Positions 17,211 to 25,339 of a stretch of DNA of 50,860 nucleotides are shown in pieces. Origin of the DNA: a virus (Duplodnaviria > Caudoviricetes). The stretch spans positions 1 through 50,860 of IMG/VR virus record IMGVR_UViG_3300047408_000275; one strand, written 5' to 3'. Both the position numbers and the translations under genes were made by a program. A model generated the notes under the pieces. That model was not told the origin of the DNA. It searched no databases and saw only the letters and a program-made list of their open reading frames with translations. Position 1 is the first letter of the stretch. Each line of letters opens with the position of its first letter.

Positions 17211-18202
17211 CTAGAAAGCTCGCTTCAATACGTATGATAGGGTCAATCTCTCCAATTGAAGGTGCTGACAATATAGAACTTGCTCATGTTGATGGCTGGC
17301 AATGTGTTGTTAAGAAAGGCGAGTTCATCGCGGGACAGCTTTGTGTTTATTTTGAGATAGACTCATTTTTGCCTATCCGACCAGAAAAGGAAGGGTTTAG
17401 GCTTCGGACGATTAAGCTGAGGGGGAAGATATCTCAGGGGTTAGCGATTCCTTTTCATTCTTTCCCCGGTATTGAATGTGATAAGGCTGACATTCTTGGA
17501 AGTGATGTTACAGAGCTTCTTGGAGTCTTAAAATACGATCCGCCTATCCCAGCTCAGCTTGCGGGAATCTGCAAAGGGAATTTCCCTTCTTTCATTAGAA
17601 AGATAGACCAAGAGCACGTGCAGAACCTATGGCATAAAATTAAAGATTGTGAAGAGCATTTTGAAGTTACGATTAAACTTGATGGGTCAAGTTGTACCTA
17701 TTACCTTAACGATGGAATATTTGGCGTATGCTCTCGAAACTTGGAGCTTAAAGAAGATGAGAATAATACCTTCTGGAAGATAGCTAAAAGGCACGATATT
17801 GAGTCTATTTTGAGAAATTACGGTAAAAATATAGCATTACAGGGAGAGGTCATAGGTGAAGGTATTCAAGGTAACCCGGAGAAGATAAAAGGTCAGGAAT
17901 TCTATTTGTTTGATATATGGGATATTGATAGGCAACAATATTTAGATCCGGAAGAACGAGCAGTATTGTGGAGCAAATGTCTTAAAGACAGAGGAGTTTG
18001 TTGGTGTCCGTATGCTGAAGAGTTTAAGATGCTTGCGCCAAGATTGTCTCAATTTAAAGACATTAATGAGCTTCTTGATGCTGCAAATGGAAAGTCATTG
18101 AATTCTGGAATGCGAGAAGGAATTGTTTTTAAGTCTATGGAAATTGGCTCCGGCTTAAGATTTAAGGTTATATCTAATGAGTATCTTTTAAAAGGATATT
18201 AA
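17207..18202 (+). CDS. ATP-dependent RNA ligase, DRB0094/Rnl5 family
   Basis: N-terminal RKLASI...IEGADNIE OB domain, then motifs KLDGSS, CSRN, QGE, LFDI, EGIVFK and FKVIS. Confidence 0.93.
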   Translation: MTRKLASIRMIGSISPIEGADNIELAHVDGWQCVVKKGEFIAGQLCVYFEIDSFLPIRPEKEGFRLRTIKLRGKISQGLAIPFHSFPGIECDKADILGSDVTELLGVLKYDPPIPAQLAGICKGNFPSFIRKIDQEHVQNLWHKIKDCEEHFEVTIKLDGSSCTYYLNDGIFGVCSRNLELKEDENNTFWKIAKRHDIESILRNYGKNIALQGEVIGEGIQGNPEKIKGQEFYLFDIWDIDRQQYLDPEERAVLWSKCLKDRGVCWCPYAEEFKMLAPRLSQFKDINELLDAANGKSLNSGMREGIVFKSMEIGSGLRFKVISNEYLLKGY

Positions 18203-18265
18203 TTGCGCCAGACCAGTCAATAGAATATATTAAATATTTGGGAATTCAATAGAAGGAGACATAGC

Positions 18266-18703
18266 ATGAAAGATAAAATAGTAGCAGGCCTAATGCTTTT
18301 TTCTCAAGCAGCTCAAGCAGTAACAACTATAGACAAGAACAACTATCGCCAGCATTTATGCGATTCTGGTTTATTTATACCAGTTGTTAGAGAGGGTACG
18401 ACTCCTGCCGAAAATTGGTGGGAAAAAGGATTTATTAATCAAGATTACCAAGTATATTGTGGAACTAAAGCAAACTACGAGCGAGCTGTTGAGGATAGCA
18501 ATAAGAGGGGGGTTAATCATTATCCTTGTCTTGGAAACCAGAAGGATATGATTACAAAAGATGCTTGTGTAGAAAAGCATGGCATTGAATATGCCCAAAC
18601 TTGTGAACGATTAAAGGAAGATAGAGAAAAATATCGGGCTGCATGGAATTCAATGATGCCAGTCACATCATGTAACAATATGAGACGTATGAGACGAAGA
18701 TAG
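18266..18703 (+). CDS. Secreted Cys-rich protein (moron-like)
   Basis: Signal peptide ending AQA, six Cys, and a terminator downstream. Confidence 0.7.
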   Translation: MKDKIVAGLMLFSQAAQAVTTIDKNNYRQHLCDSGLFIPVVREGTTPAENWWEKGFINQDYQVYCGTKANYERAVEDSNKRGVNHYPCLGNQKDMITKDACVEKHGIEYAQTCERLKEDREKYRAAWNSMMPVTSCNNMRRMRRR

Positions 18704-18726
18704 TCAACAGTCATTGGTCATGTGTT

Positions 18727-18764
18727 GCCCTATATGTTCCTTTCCTGGCGTATAGGGCTTTTTT
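18727..18764 (+). terminator. Rho-independent terminator
   Basis: GCCCTATATG/CGTATAGGGC stem followed by a T run. Confidence 0.8.
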
Positions 18765-18810
18765 GTTAGCGGTTTGTGATATGATGTTATTCGTGTAGAG
18801 GAGAATTAAT

Positions 18811-19566
18811 ATGGAAATTAGTATAATCAGTATTTTCGCATTGTCGTCATTAGCGACAGCAGTAATGCTTGGAGCATGTTATTTATTTATCTCGCGTGAT
18901 TCAAAAGAGATAGAGCGACTGAACATCAGAAATGCGGAGCTGTTTTTCGATAATTCTATGCTTAATGCTCAAGTTGTTGAGCTAAAGAATGCGTTAGATA
19001 AAAGCATTGTCAAATGTAAGCTAATTGAAGATAAGGATTACTTTTTTAATCGCTTTATCTCACCAGCTTATGTAAAGTTAGATTCTGATAAACAGTTATT
19101 ATGCAAATCGCTCGGTGTTACCAAGGAGGAGTACGATAATGAAATGCGGAGGTATGAAGGCCTAGAAGAAACGCTTTTAACTTATCGTGTTCATGACTTG
19201 CTTTTAGAGTCTGGATATCTTTACTCCAAGAAGTTTAAGAATAGATTTTCAACTGGTGAATGCGACAACTGTAATCAGAAGATAAATAAGCTTATTGAAG
19301 AGATTCAGGATGTAACGCAATCGGAATGTCATTGTAAGGAAAAATTTAATGGGGAATTTTCTGTCGAAGATATTTCGAAATCAGACGCCCTGTCTAACGA
19401 AACTTTTGGTCTGCTGATAAAGAACGCGAAATCGAAGAATATCGGGCGAAGGAAAAGTGAAGATATTTCTGACGCAGAAGCACTGGCTGACGCAATTAGC
19501 AAGGGGATTAAACTGAAGATAAAGGCATCTGCTAAAAGCCAGGATAGCTATAGTTTCGACTTTTAA
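18811..19566 (+). CDS. Membrane-anchored hypothetical protein
   Basis: N-terminal TM, coiled coil and CxxC/CxC motifs. Confidence 0.7.
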   Translation: MEISIISIFALSSLATAVMLGACYLFISRDSKEIERLNIRNAELFFDNSMLNAQVVELKNALDKSIVKCKLIEDKDYFFNRFISPAYVKLDSDKQLLCKSLGVTKEEYDNEMRRYEGLEETLLTYRVHDLLLESGYLYSKKFKNRFSTGECDNCNQKINKLIEEIQDVTQSECHCKEKFNGEFSVEDISKSDALSNETFGLLIKNAKSKNIGRRKSEDISDAEALADAISKGIKLKIKASAKSQDSYSFDF

Positions 19567-19633
19567 ATAACATGGGAATAGACATGGTTAAAATAAATGG
19601 TGTCTATAAGTATGCTTTTTGTGACTCAAGTTT

Positions 19634-20131
19634 ATGGTCGCTTACATGAGCGATAATAGAAATCTAAGGATGTTGGAATTATTTCTTTCTCGGAAAGATG
19701 GAGCCCCAGAAGACGAATATCGTAAATGTCTTGCAGAATTTGAGGATATGATAAGAAAGCATGGATATTATAAGCTTGTGTGTAATTTCGATGTATCACA
19801 ATCTCTGACTGAGCCACCGATGTCACCTACGCCAATGCCAGTCATAAAATTATATCCAATTGAAAAAGACCGCGAGTCATTTTCTTTTAAATATATAAAA
19901 ATAACAGAGGAGGTTCTCTCAGATGATGATATTGAACAAAAACGTCAAGAATTTGAAAAACTTGATAAGATAAAATGTTCAGAGGATTTGGCTATGGCTA
20001 AGAAAATTACTTGCGATAGAAGAATTGAAGGTCGTGGACATTATTTCAAATATGAAAACCGCTATGAAAGCCACCAGGATTGTTGCGCATTCTGTGGAAA
20101 ATATGTGTGCGATATTATAAATGAATCTTGA
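19634..20131 (+). CDS. Hypothetical protein with C-terminal Cys/His motif
   Basis: 165 aa ORF overlapping the next gene. Confidence 0.65.
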   Translation: MVAYMSDNRNLRMLELFLSRKDGAPEDEYRKCLAEFEDMIRKHGYYKLVCNFDVSQSLTEPPMSPTPMPVIKLYPIEKDRESFSFKYIKITEEVLSDDDIEQKRQEFEKLDKIKCSEDLAMAKKITCDRRIEGRGHYFKYENRYESHQDCCAFCGKYVCDIINES

Positions 20132-20849
20132 GCCAGAAGACTTAAAAATAGACATATTCGGCTACGGCCTTCCATCAGGAGAAAGCTATTATAGGGTAAC
20201 TCATATACCTACTGGGAAGATAGGCTGCTGCGACCAGCATTGTATTCGTCATTTTGAAATGAAAGACATATCAGACTCAGATAGAAAAGAATGTGCAATC
20301 CAAAGGTTGTTTAGTTTACTTAGAAACCAGCATGAATCTTATAAATCTGTTGCTCATGATATCTGCAATCATATGGCGGAGCGCGATATCGAGGATATCG
20401 GCATAAATGACGCCATAAATCAATATATCGAACATTATGATAATGCGTGGGAATACTTCAAAACAAACAATAAATTTAATCACCCTATAATTCCAAAATT
20501 CTTGCTTTCTAGAGAAATCGTGGAGCGCTTCCATGGAGAGGCGGCAGCAAGAAAAGCTTTCGATGATTGGGTGTATGAGTTTAAGAATAGAAAGCCATCG
20601 AGTATAGAAGAGAAAAATCTTTCGCATCATGAGGACAAGATTCCATTAAAGAACCTTCTTAAGAATTGTGGCCTGGTGAGCAGTACGTCAGAAGCATTGC
20701 GAATGATAAAACAAAATGGTGTTAAGATAGATGATATTATAGCATCAGAAGATGTTCCTATAGCGGCTGACAATGTATATAGGGTTTTCCAGGTCGGTAA
20801 AAAACGTTTTTTAAAGGTAAGAGCGTCAAATAGCAAGGGGTTTGCGTGA
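20121..20849 (+). CDS. Fusion: degenerate RF-1-like domain plus TyrRS C-terminal helical/S4 domain
   Basis: N-terminus EDLKID....RVTHIPTG. C-terminus REIVERFHG..AA...GLVSSTSEALRMIKQNGVKID...FQVGKKRF. Confidence 0.8.
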   Translation: MNLEPEDLKIDIFGYGLPSGESYYRVTHIPTGKIGCCDQHCIRHFEMKDISDSDRKECAIQRLFSLLRNQHESYKSVAHDICNHMAERDIEDIGINDAINQYIEHYDNAWEYFKTNNKFNHPIIPKFLLSREIVERFHGEAAARKAFDDWVYEFKNRKPSSIEEKNLSHHEDKIPLKNLLKNCGLVSSTSEALRMIKQNGVKIDDIIASEDVPIAADNVYRVFQVGKKRFLKVRASNSKGFA

Positions 20850-21295
20850 TGACTGATTACATATTTTATAAAGGTGATCCCCATGTGTTTTCAAACTTTC
20901 ACATCGCGCCTATACATATAGATGGTAAGGTTTGGGCTACATCTGAGCATTATTTTCAGGCGATGAAATTTCATGGTTATGATGATGAGCATAAAGAGAA
21001 AATAAGATTAGCCGAGACTACTGGTAAAGCATATAGGTTAGCATGGGAAAAAAAGATACCCTGCTCTAACTGGGATGAAATAAGAAATGATGTTATGCGA
21101 AAGGCTTTGCTGAATAAATTTGGTCAACATGTTGAGCTTGAAAAAATACTTCTTGATACTGGAGAAAAGAATATAGTACAGCGTTGCAGTAAGGATAAGT
21201 ACTGGGGCGATGGATATCCCGGTAAGGGGGAGAATATGTTAGGAAAGCTTTTGATGGAAACTAGGGAAAGGATTCGACGATATGAAAGCATTTGA
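20846..21295 (+). CDS. NADAR (YbiA-like) family hydrolase
   Basis: FSNF, SEHYFQAMKF, KF.QH..L...LL.TG, D.YWG and G.N.LG.LLM..R motifs. Confidence 0.93.
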   Translation: MMTDYIFYKGDPHVFSNFHIAPIHIDGKVWATSEHYFQAMKFHGYDDEHKEKIRLAETTGKAYRLAWEKKIPCSNWDEIRNDVMRKALLNKFGQHVELEKILLDTGEKNIVQRCSKDKYWGDGYPGKGENMLGKLLMETRERIRRYESI

Positions 21296-21488
21296 TAATC
21301 AGGATCAATTCGATTCAGAGATGGCCTTTGTGCCTAAGCATAAGTTTTTCCCAACGATACAAGCGTGGCGTGACAGTATGGTTAAGCGTATGGCGTTCCT
21401 GAAGGTATTGGATAAGTCGGCCACTGCTTCAGGTGTGTTTTTGGTTACAGATTCTTTTGCGGCTGATTTTTTAGAGAGGAATGATTAA
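21282..21488 (+). CDS. Hypothetical protein
   Basis: 68 aa, overlapping the NADAR stop. Confidence 0.55.
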   Translation: MKAFDNQDQFDSEMAFVPKHKFFPTIQAWRDSMVKRMAFLKVLDKSATASGVFLVTDSFAADFLERND

Positions 21489-21549
21489 CAATGATTTTAG
21501 TTATTCTTATCGTGTCTGCTCTAATGATATATTTTAAGGACAATGATTG

Positions 21550-21675
21550 ATGGGTATCAGAGAAAAATGTGACGTTTGTGAAGGATATACTAACGCCATT
21601 TATAATGCGTTTATTGTTGGCGAAGAATGTCCCGATTGTGGGGCTTGTTACGAAATAATTAGAAAGCTTCGCTAA
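21550..21675 (+). CDS. Small zinc-finger protein (not in ORF track)
   Basis: MGIREKCDVC...ECPDCG, 41 aa. Confidence 0.55.
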   Translation: MGIREKCDVCEGYTNAIYNAFIVGEECPDCGACYEIIRKLR

Positions 21676-21695
21676 AATTGTCGATTAATTCTTGC

Positions 21696-22010
21696 TTATC
21701 CATCTAATCCAAATCCATATCTGCTTAAGTTTAACCCAAAATCGTCTACTTGTTTTTGACCACTATCGATTAAGTTGATTTCTTTAACGCATTCATAAAA
21801 GCACCTTAAGCAGTAATTCCCAATGCCTGTCTCTACCCATGTCTCATCATTTTCTCTATATGTTCCGTCATATACTTGCGTTGCACATGTTTTGCAATAT
21901 ATCTTCTCAGATACGAGCGGATGGTTGTCAGGAAGCGGGCTATTAAATTCGCCTGTGGATAAATCACTATTCGATATATCGCTGTGTATCTTAGGTTCTT
22001 GCTTGCTCAC
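21696..22010 (-). CDS. Zn-finger-like hypothetical protein
   Basis: YCKTC ... WVETG.GNYCLRCF. Confidence 0.65.
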   Translation of the reverse strand: MSKQEPKIHSDISNSDLSTGEFNSPLPDNHPLVSEKIYCKTCATQVYDGTYRENDETWVETGIGNYCLRCFYECVKEINLIDSGQKQVDDFGLNLSRYGFGLDG

Positions 22011-22037
22011 CTAATCCAAATCCATGCGTAAGCTTTC

Positions 22038-22322
22038 TTAGTCATACATATTCTCACTTGTGCCAAAAAGAAGAGCGTTAATAATTTTCTTTTGAATTCT
22101 ATCGTCATCTTCTTGCGACCATGATTTATTTAAAAAATCCTCTAGTAGACTCTTAGTTTTCTTTGTTTCTTCCGAGTCTTCTTCTTTTGATTCTATCTTA
22201 AATATAGGATTCCTTTCTTCGTATGACTTTAGCTTTCCATCCGGGCTATAAAAATCCGATACTGGAGCAGAATCCATCGCTTTGTTGTGCCATTTTCGGA
22301 ATTCTTCTAAAATGTCATCCAC
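22038..22322 (-). CDS. Hypothetical protein
   Basis: AGGAG RBS and GTG start. Confidence 0.65.
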   Translation of the reverse strand: MDDILEEFRKWHNKAMDSAPVSDFYSPDGKLKSYEERNPIFKIESKEEDSEETKKTKSLLEDFLNKSWSQEDDDRIQKKIINALLFGTSENMYD

Positions 22323-22333
22323 GCTTGTCTCCT

Positions 22334-22885
22334 TTAGTCTAAAGCCATATCTACTTCTAATCCAAAATAATCTGTTCTACTTGTTTTTGACTGATGAGGT
22401 TGGTACCAATAACAATTATCGCGGCTATATCCTGCTTGTGAATATATCCTTCTCAGCATACATGTTTCATTAGGCCTTCGTCCCATGTCTTCCAAGAAAT
22501 TACCATATCCATTCATATCATCCGTCCATCGTTCGCATATATGGAGCCCATTCTTGTTAGCCATATACTTTGCGTGAATCCAAGCTTTATTCTCTGGCTC
22601 TCCAACTACGCTTTTGCCATACTTAAATCTTCCTTGCTTATTAGGGTTGTGGCCAAAAGACAAGCACCCGCAGGATTTAGTATGCCCTCGGACAATATCG
22701 TTAACGTCTACAATTTTTGAGCCGCCACACTCGCATAGTATTTTTACCATTAGCCTACTTGATTTGTTAGAGCCTTTTCGCCCTGCTAGCTCGGATATCG
22801 TGACTTTTCCAAAGACTTGACCAACATACTTTTTGGAAAACCTGTTTAGACTTGTGCCAGAATATGGTATAAGTTCGCTTGTCAT
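22334..22885 (-). CDS. HNH-like (homing-type) endonuclease, probably degenerate
   Basis: FG..T...CECG...G.TKSCGC...ICERW...F..DMG.RP. The usual SLDRIDN..Y..NC.W site reads MLRRIYS..Y..NCYW. Confidence 0.75.
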   Translation of the reverse strand: MTSELIPYSGTSLNRFSKKYVGQVFGKVTISELAGRKGSNKSSRLMVKILCECGGSKIVDVNDIVRGHTKSCGCLSFGHNPNKQGRFKYGKSVVGEPENKAWIHAKYMANKNGLHICERWTDDMNGYGNFLEDMGRRPNETCMLRRIYSQAGYSRDNCYWYQPHQSKTSRTDYFGLEVDMALD

Positions 22886-22986
22886 TTCATGCTTCCCAGT
22901 ATAGCCTCAGCTAAATGATGCTGAGACAAGCCGACACTATAATCGTATTAGTGGCGGTTTACAATACTATGAAGTCGTATATTGAT

Positions 22987-23062
22987 TCCCCCTTAGCTCA
23001 GCTGGTAGAGCACGCGGTTGTTACCCACTAGGTCGGTGGTTCGAGTCCATCAGGGGGAGCCA
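22987..23062 (+). tRNA. tRNA-Asn(GTT) with encoded CCA and a mismatched anticodon stem
   Basis: TCCCCCT/AGGGGGA acceptor, GCTC/GAGC D arm, GGTGG-TTCGAGT-CCATC T arm, G73 and CCA. Anticodon loop TTGTTAC. Confidence 0.9.
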
Positions 23063-23114
23063 TTTTTATCATCTCTTATCTGTTTGACCTATTTCGTGCT
23101 ATCGTACTATCACA

Positions 23115-24716
23115 ATGGAATGTACTCAAACAGATATCTTCAAGGAATTATTATTAAGGCAACAAGCTTCAGATTCCCTGTACGAATTCATAAAACAGGC
23201 ATGGCCTGAGATAGAGAAAGGCACGCCATTCGTAGGCGGCTGGTATATTCAAGCGCTCTGCGAGCACCTAGAAGCCTTATATCGGGGTGATATTAAGAAC
23301 CTTTTAGTAAACGTTCCACCACGTAGCACCAAGACCACAACCTGCTCTGCTATGTTTCCGGCCTGGGTTTGGATTAACAAACCATCTACGCAATTCCTGT
23401 GTCTATCGCATTCCTTCGACCTAGCCATGGAGGCATCTCTAAAACATCGAGATATCATTACATCTCAATGGTATTCGCTCAGATGGGGGGATAGGTTCCA
23501 GCTAAAAATTGACCAGAACGAGAAGACCAAGTTTGCCAATGATAAGAGCGGCTACAGAAGCTCTACCAGCATGTTATCGCGCACAACTGGTAAGGGTGCG
23601 AACATGCTTATCGTTGATGATCCGAATAACGCCCTTGAGTCTGAAACAGATAGGGAATCTATCAACAAGCGATGGGATGCTGTGCTGTCTACCCGTCTTA
23701 ATGACATGAGTAAGGATACTCGTTTGGTTATCCAGCAAAGAACAGACTCAAATGACCTTACTGGCCATATATTGAATAGTGATGAAGCAGATGAATGGAC
23801 AAAATTCATCATTCCTATGGAGTTCGAAGAGAAGCGTCGATGCAAAACTATCATACTACCGTCGACTGATGGCAAGAAATGGCGAGACCCTAGAACGATA
23901 GAAAAAGAGTCCCTATGTCCTATTAGGTTTAATGAAAAGAACATAGAACGTCTTAAAAAGCGTCTTGGCTCCAATTACTTGATAGCGGGTCAGCTTCAGC
24001 AACGGCCGGCGCCCGAAGAAGGCGGGATGTTCAAGAAATCTTGGTTCCAGTGGTGGAAGAAAGAGAAGCCGCCTAATGTCTTCCAGATTATACAATCCTG
24101 GGATACGGCATTTAAGCGAGAAGATAAGCGAAAAGCCAATCAGAAGATATCCTATTCTGCCTGTACGACCTGGGGTCTATTCGATGATGATTTCGGTGTC
24201 ACAAACCTGGTTTTACTGAATCTTTGGAGAGACCGAGTTGAGTTCCCTGAGCTTAGGTCGATAGCACAGAAACTTGCAGAAGATTATCGTAATAATGGTT
24301 CTGTTAATATCGTTCCAGATGGAAAGCATGTGCCCGATATGATTCTCATAGAAGCAAAGGCTACTGGAGACCCGTTGATGCAGGAGCTTAGAAGAGCTGG
24401 TATCCAGACAACCATGTATGATCCAACTCTGGATGGCGACAAGATTAGGCGCGCAAGTCTCATAACACATATCGTTCAGTCAGGAAGGGTATGGTTACCC
24501 GCGAGACCGCCAAATTTCGACCGTCTTACGTCTTTTGCACATTTGTTCATGGAAAGCTGTGCTAACTTCCCAAACGATGAAGAATCGAAGGATATCGTTG
24601 ATACGTTCTCTCAAGTTGTTAGAAAGGTCACGAGAGGTGGTCTTGTTAGACATCCTACAGACCTTAAGGAAAAGCCAAGGAGCCAAGCACCGATTATTCT
24701 TTACGGAAATCGATGA
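23115..24716 (+). CDS. terL: Terminase large subunit
   Basis: NVPPRSTKT (Walker A variant), LIVDDP (Walker B), QQR.P, QSWDTA and DIVD nuclease motifs. Confidence 0.95.
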   Translation: MECTQTDIFKELLLRQQASDSLYEFIKQAWPEIEKGTPFVGGWYIQALCEHLEALYRGDIKNLLVNVPPRSTKTTTCSAMFPAWVWINKPSTQFLCLSHSFDLAMEASLKHRDIITSQWYSLRWGDRFQLKIDQNEKTKFANDKSGYRSSTSMLSRTTGKGANMLIVDDPNNALESETDRESINKRWDAVLSTRLNDMSKDTRLVIQQRTDSNDLTGHILNSDEADEWTKFIIPMEFEEKRRCKTIILPSTDGKKWRDPRTIEKESLCPIRFNEKNIERLKKRLGSNYLIAGQLQQRPAPEEGGMFKKSWFQWWKKEKPPNVFQIIQSWDTAFKREDKRKANQKISYSACTTWGLFDDDFGVTNLVLLNLWRDRVEFPELRSIAQKLAEDYRNNGSVNIVPDGKHVPDMILIEAKATGDPLMQELRRAGIQTTMYDPTLDGDKIRRASLITHIVQSGRVWLPARPPNFDRLTSFAHLFMESCANFPNDEESKDIVDTFSQVVRKVTRGGLVRHPTDLKEKPRSQAPIILYGNR

Positions 24717-24858
24717 CCAATATCAAATCTATCTTTACAAGCGTTGGCACAATGTTTACGATATAAATATTGGAAATATGGTTGCCGTATCGACATGTCG
24801 TATATTGGTACATTTCGTACATATAGAAATTTGTAACTTGTTAAAAAGGGAGAATATC

Positions 24859-25320
24859 ATGATTAGTACTGAGAAAAAGTTTAAGGATAAAGTGACATAT
24901 GAACCAGGTGATTTAGAATTTTATCAAAAAATGTGGAGAATAGATCCAGATGCGGCAAAGAGCTGGATTGTAAACAGACTAAATACATTGATTGAAATTC
25001 AGGAGTATATAAAGACTGAAATAAAGCAATTGCGAGATATGTCAAATTATCCAGAAGATAAAAAAGCACTCGATTATTATAATTCTACTGGCGGCGAGAA
25101 AAGAACGTATTCTAGAACCGGTAATAATAAAACGATAGTTTTAGATTATATGCGTGAAAATCTTAATAAGAACGTTAGGATGAAGGAAATTATTAATAAA
25201 TTTCTTTCATTGGGTTCTGCTTCCGTTAATGTATATAATGTTATGAATGACATGGTTAAAGACGGTTCCATAAAGCGTGTAGGATATGGGACATATTCAC
25301 TTTCAGAGACAGATAATTAA
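24859..25320 (+). CDS. Coiled-coil plus C-terminal winged-helix DNA-binding protein
   Basis: GGGAG RBS before the ATG at 24859. IVLDYM...MKEI...VYNVMNDMVKDGSIKRVGYGTY is wHTH-like. Confidence 0.65.
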   Translation: MISTEKKFKDKVTYEPGDLEFYQKMWRIDPDAAKSWIVNRLNTLIEIQEYIKTEIKQLRDMSNYPEDKKALDYYNSTGGEKRTYSRTGNNKTIVLDYMRENLNKNVRMKEIINKFLSLGSASVNVYNVMNDMVKDGSIKRVGYGTYSLSETDN

Positions 25321-25339
25321 TTCAAGCAGGAGCATTAAA

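Noticed and set aside
20121-20849. Stop-codon recoding implied by an RF-like gene
   Set aside because: TAA, TAG and TGA all end clear genes, core genes are intact in code 11, there is no suppressor tRNA, and the domain lacks GGQ.
22987-23062. tRNA as attP or prophage boundary
   Set aside because: No integrase was recognised, there is no duplicated tRNA 3' end, and there is no host flank.
23018-23209. 63-aa ORF
   Set aside because: Overlaps the tRNA and the TerL start.
24535-24858. Long N-terminal extension of the wHTH gene
   Set aside because: Overlaps TerL. The RBS supports the ATG at 24859.
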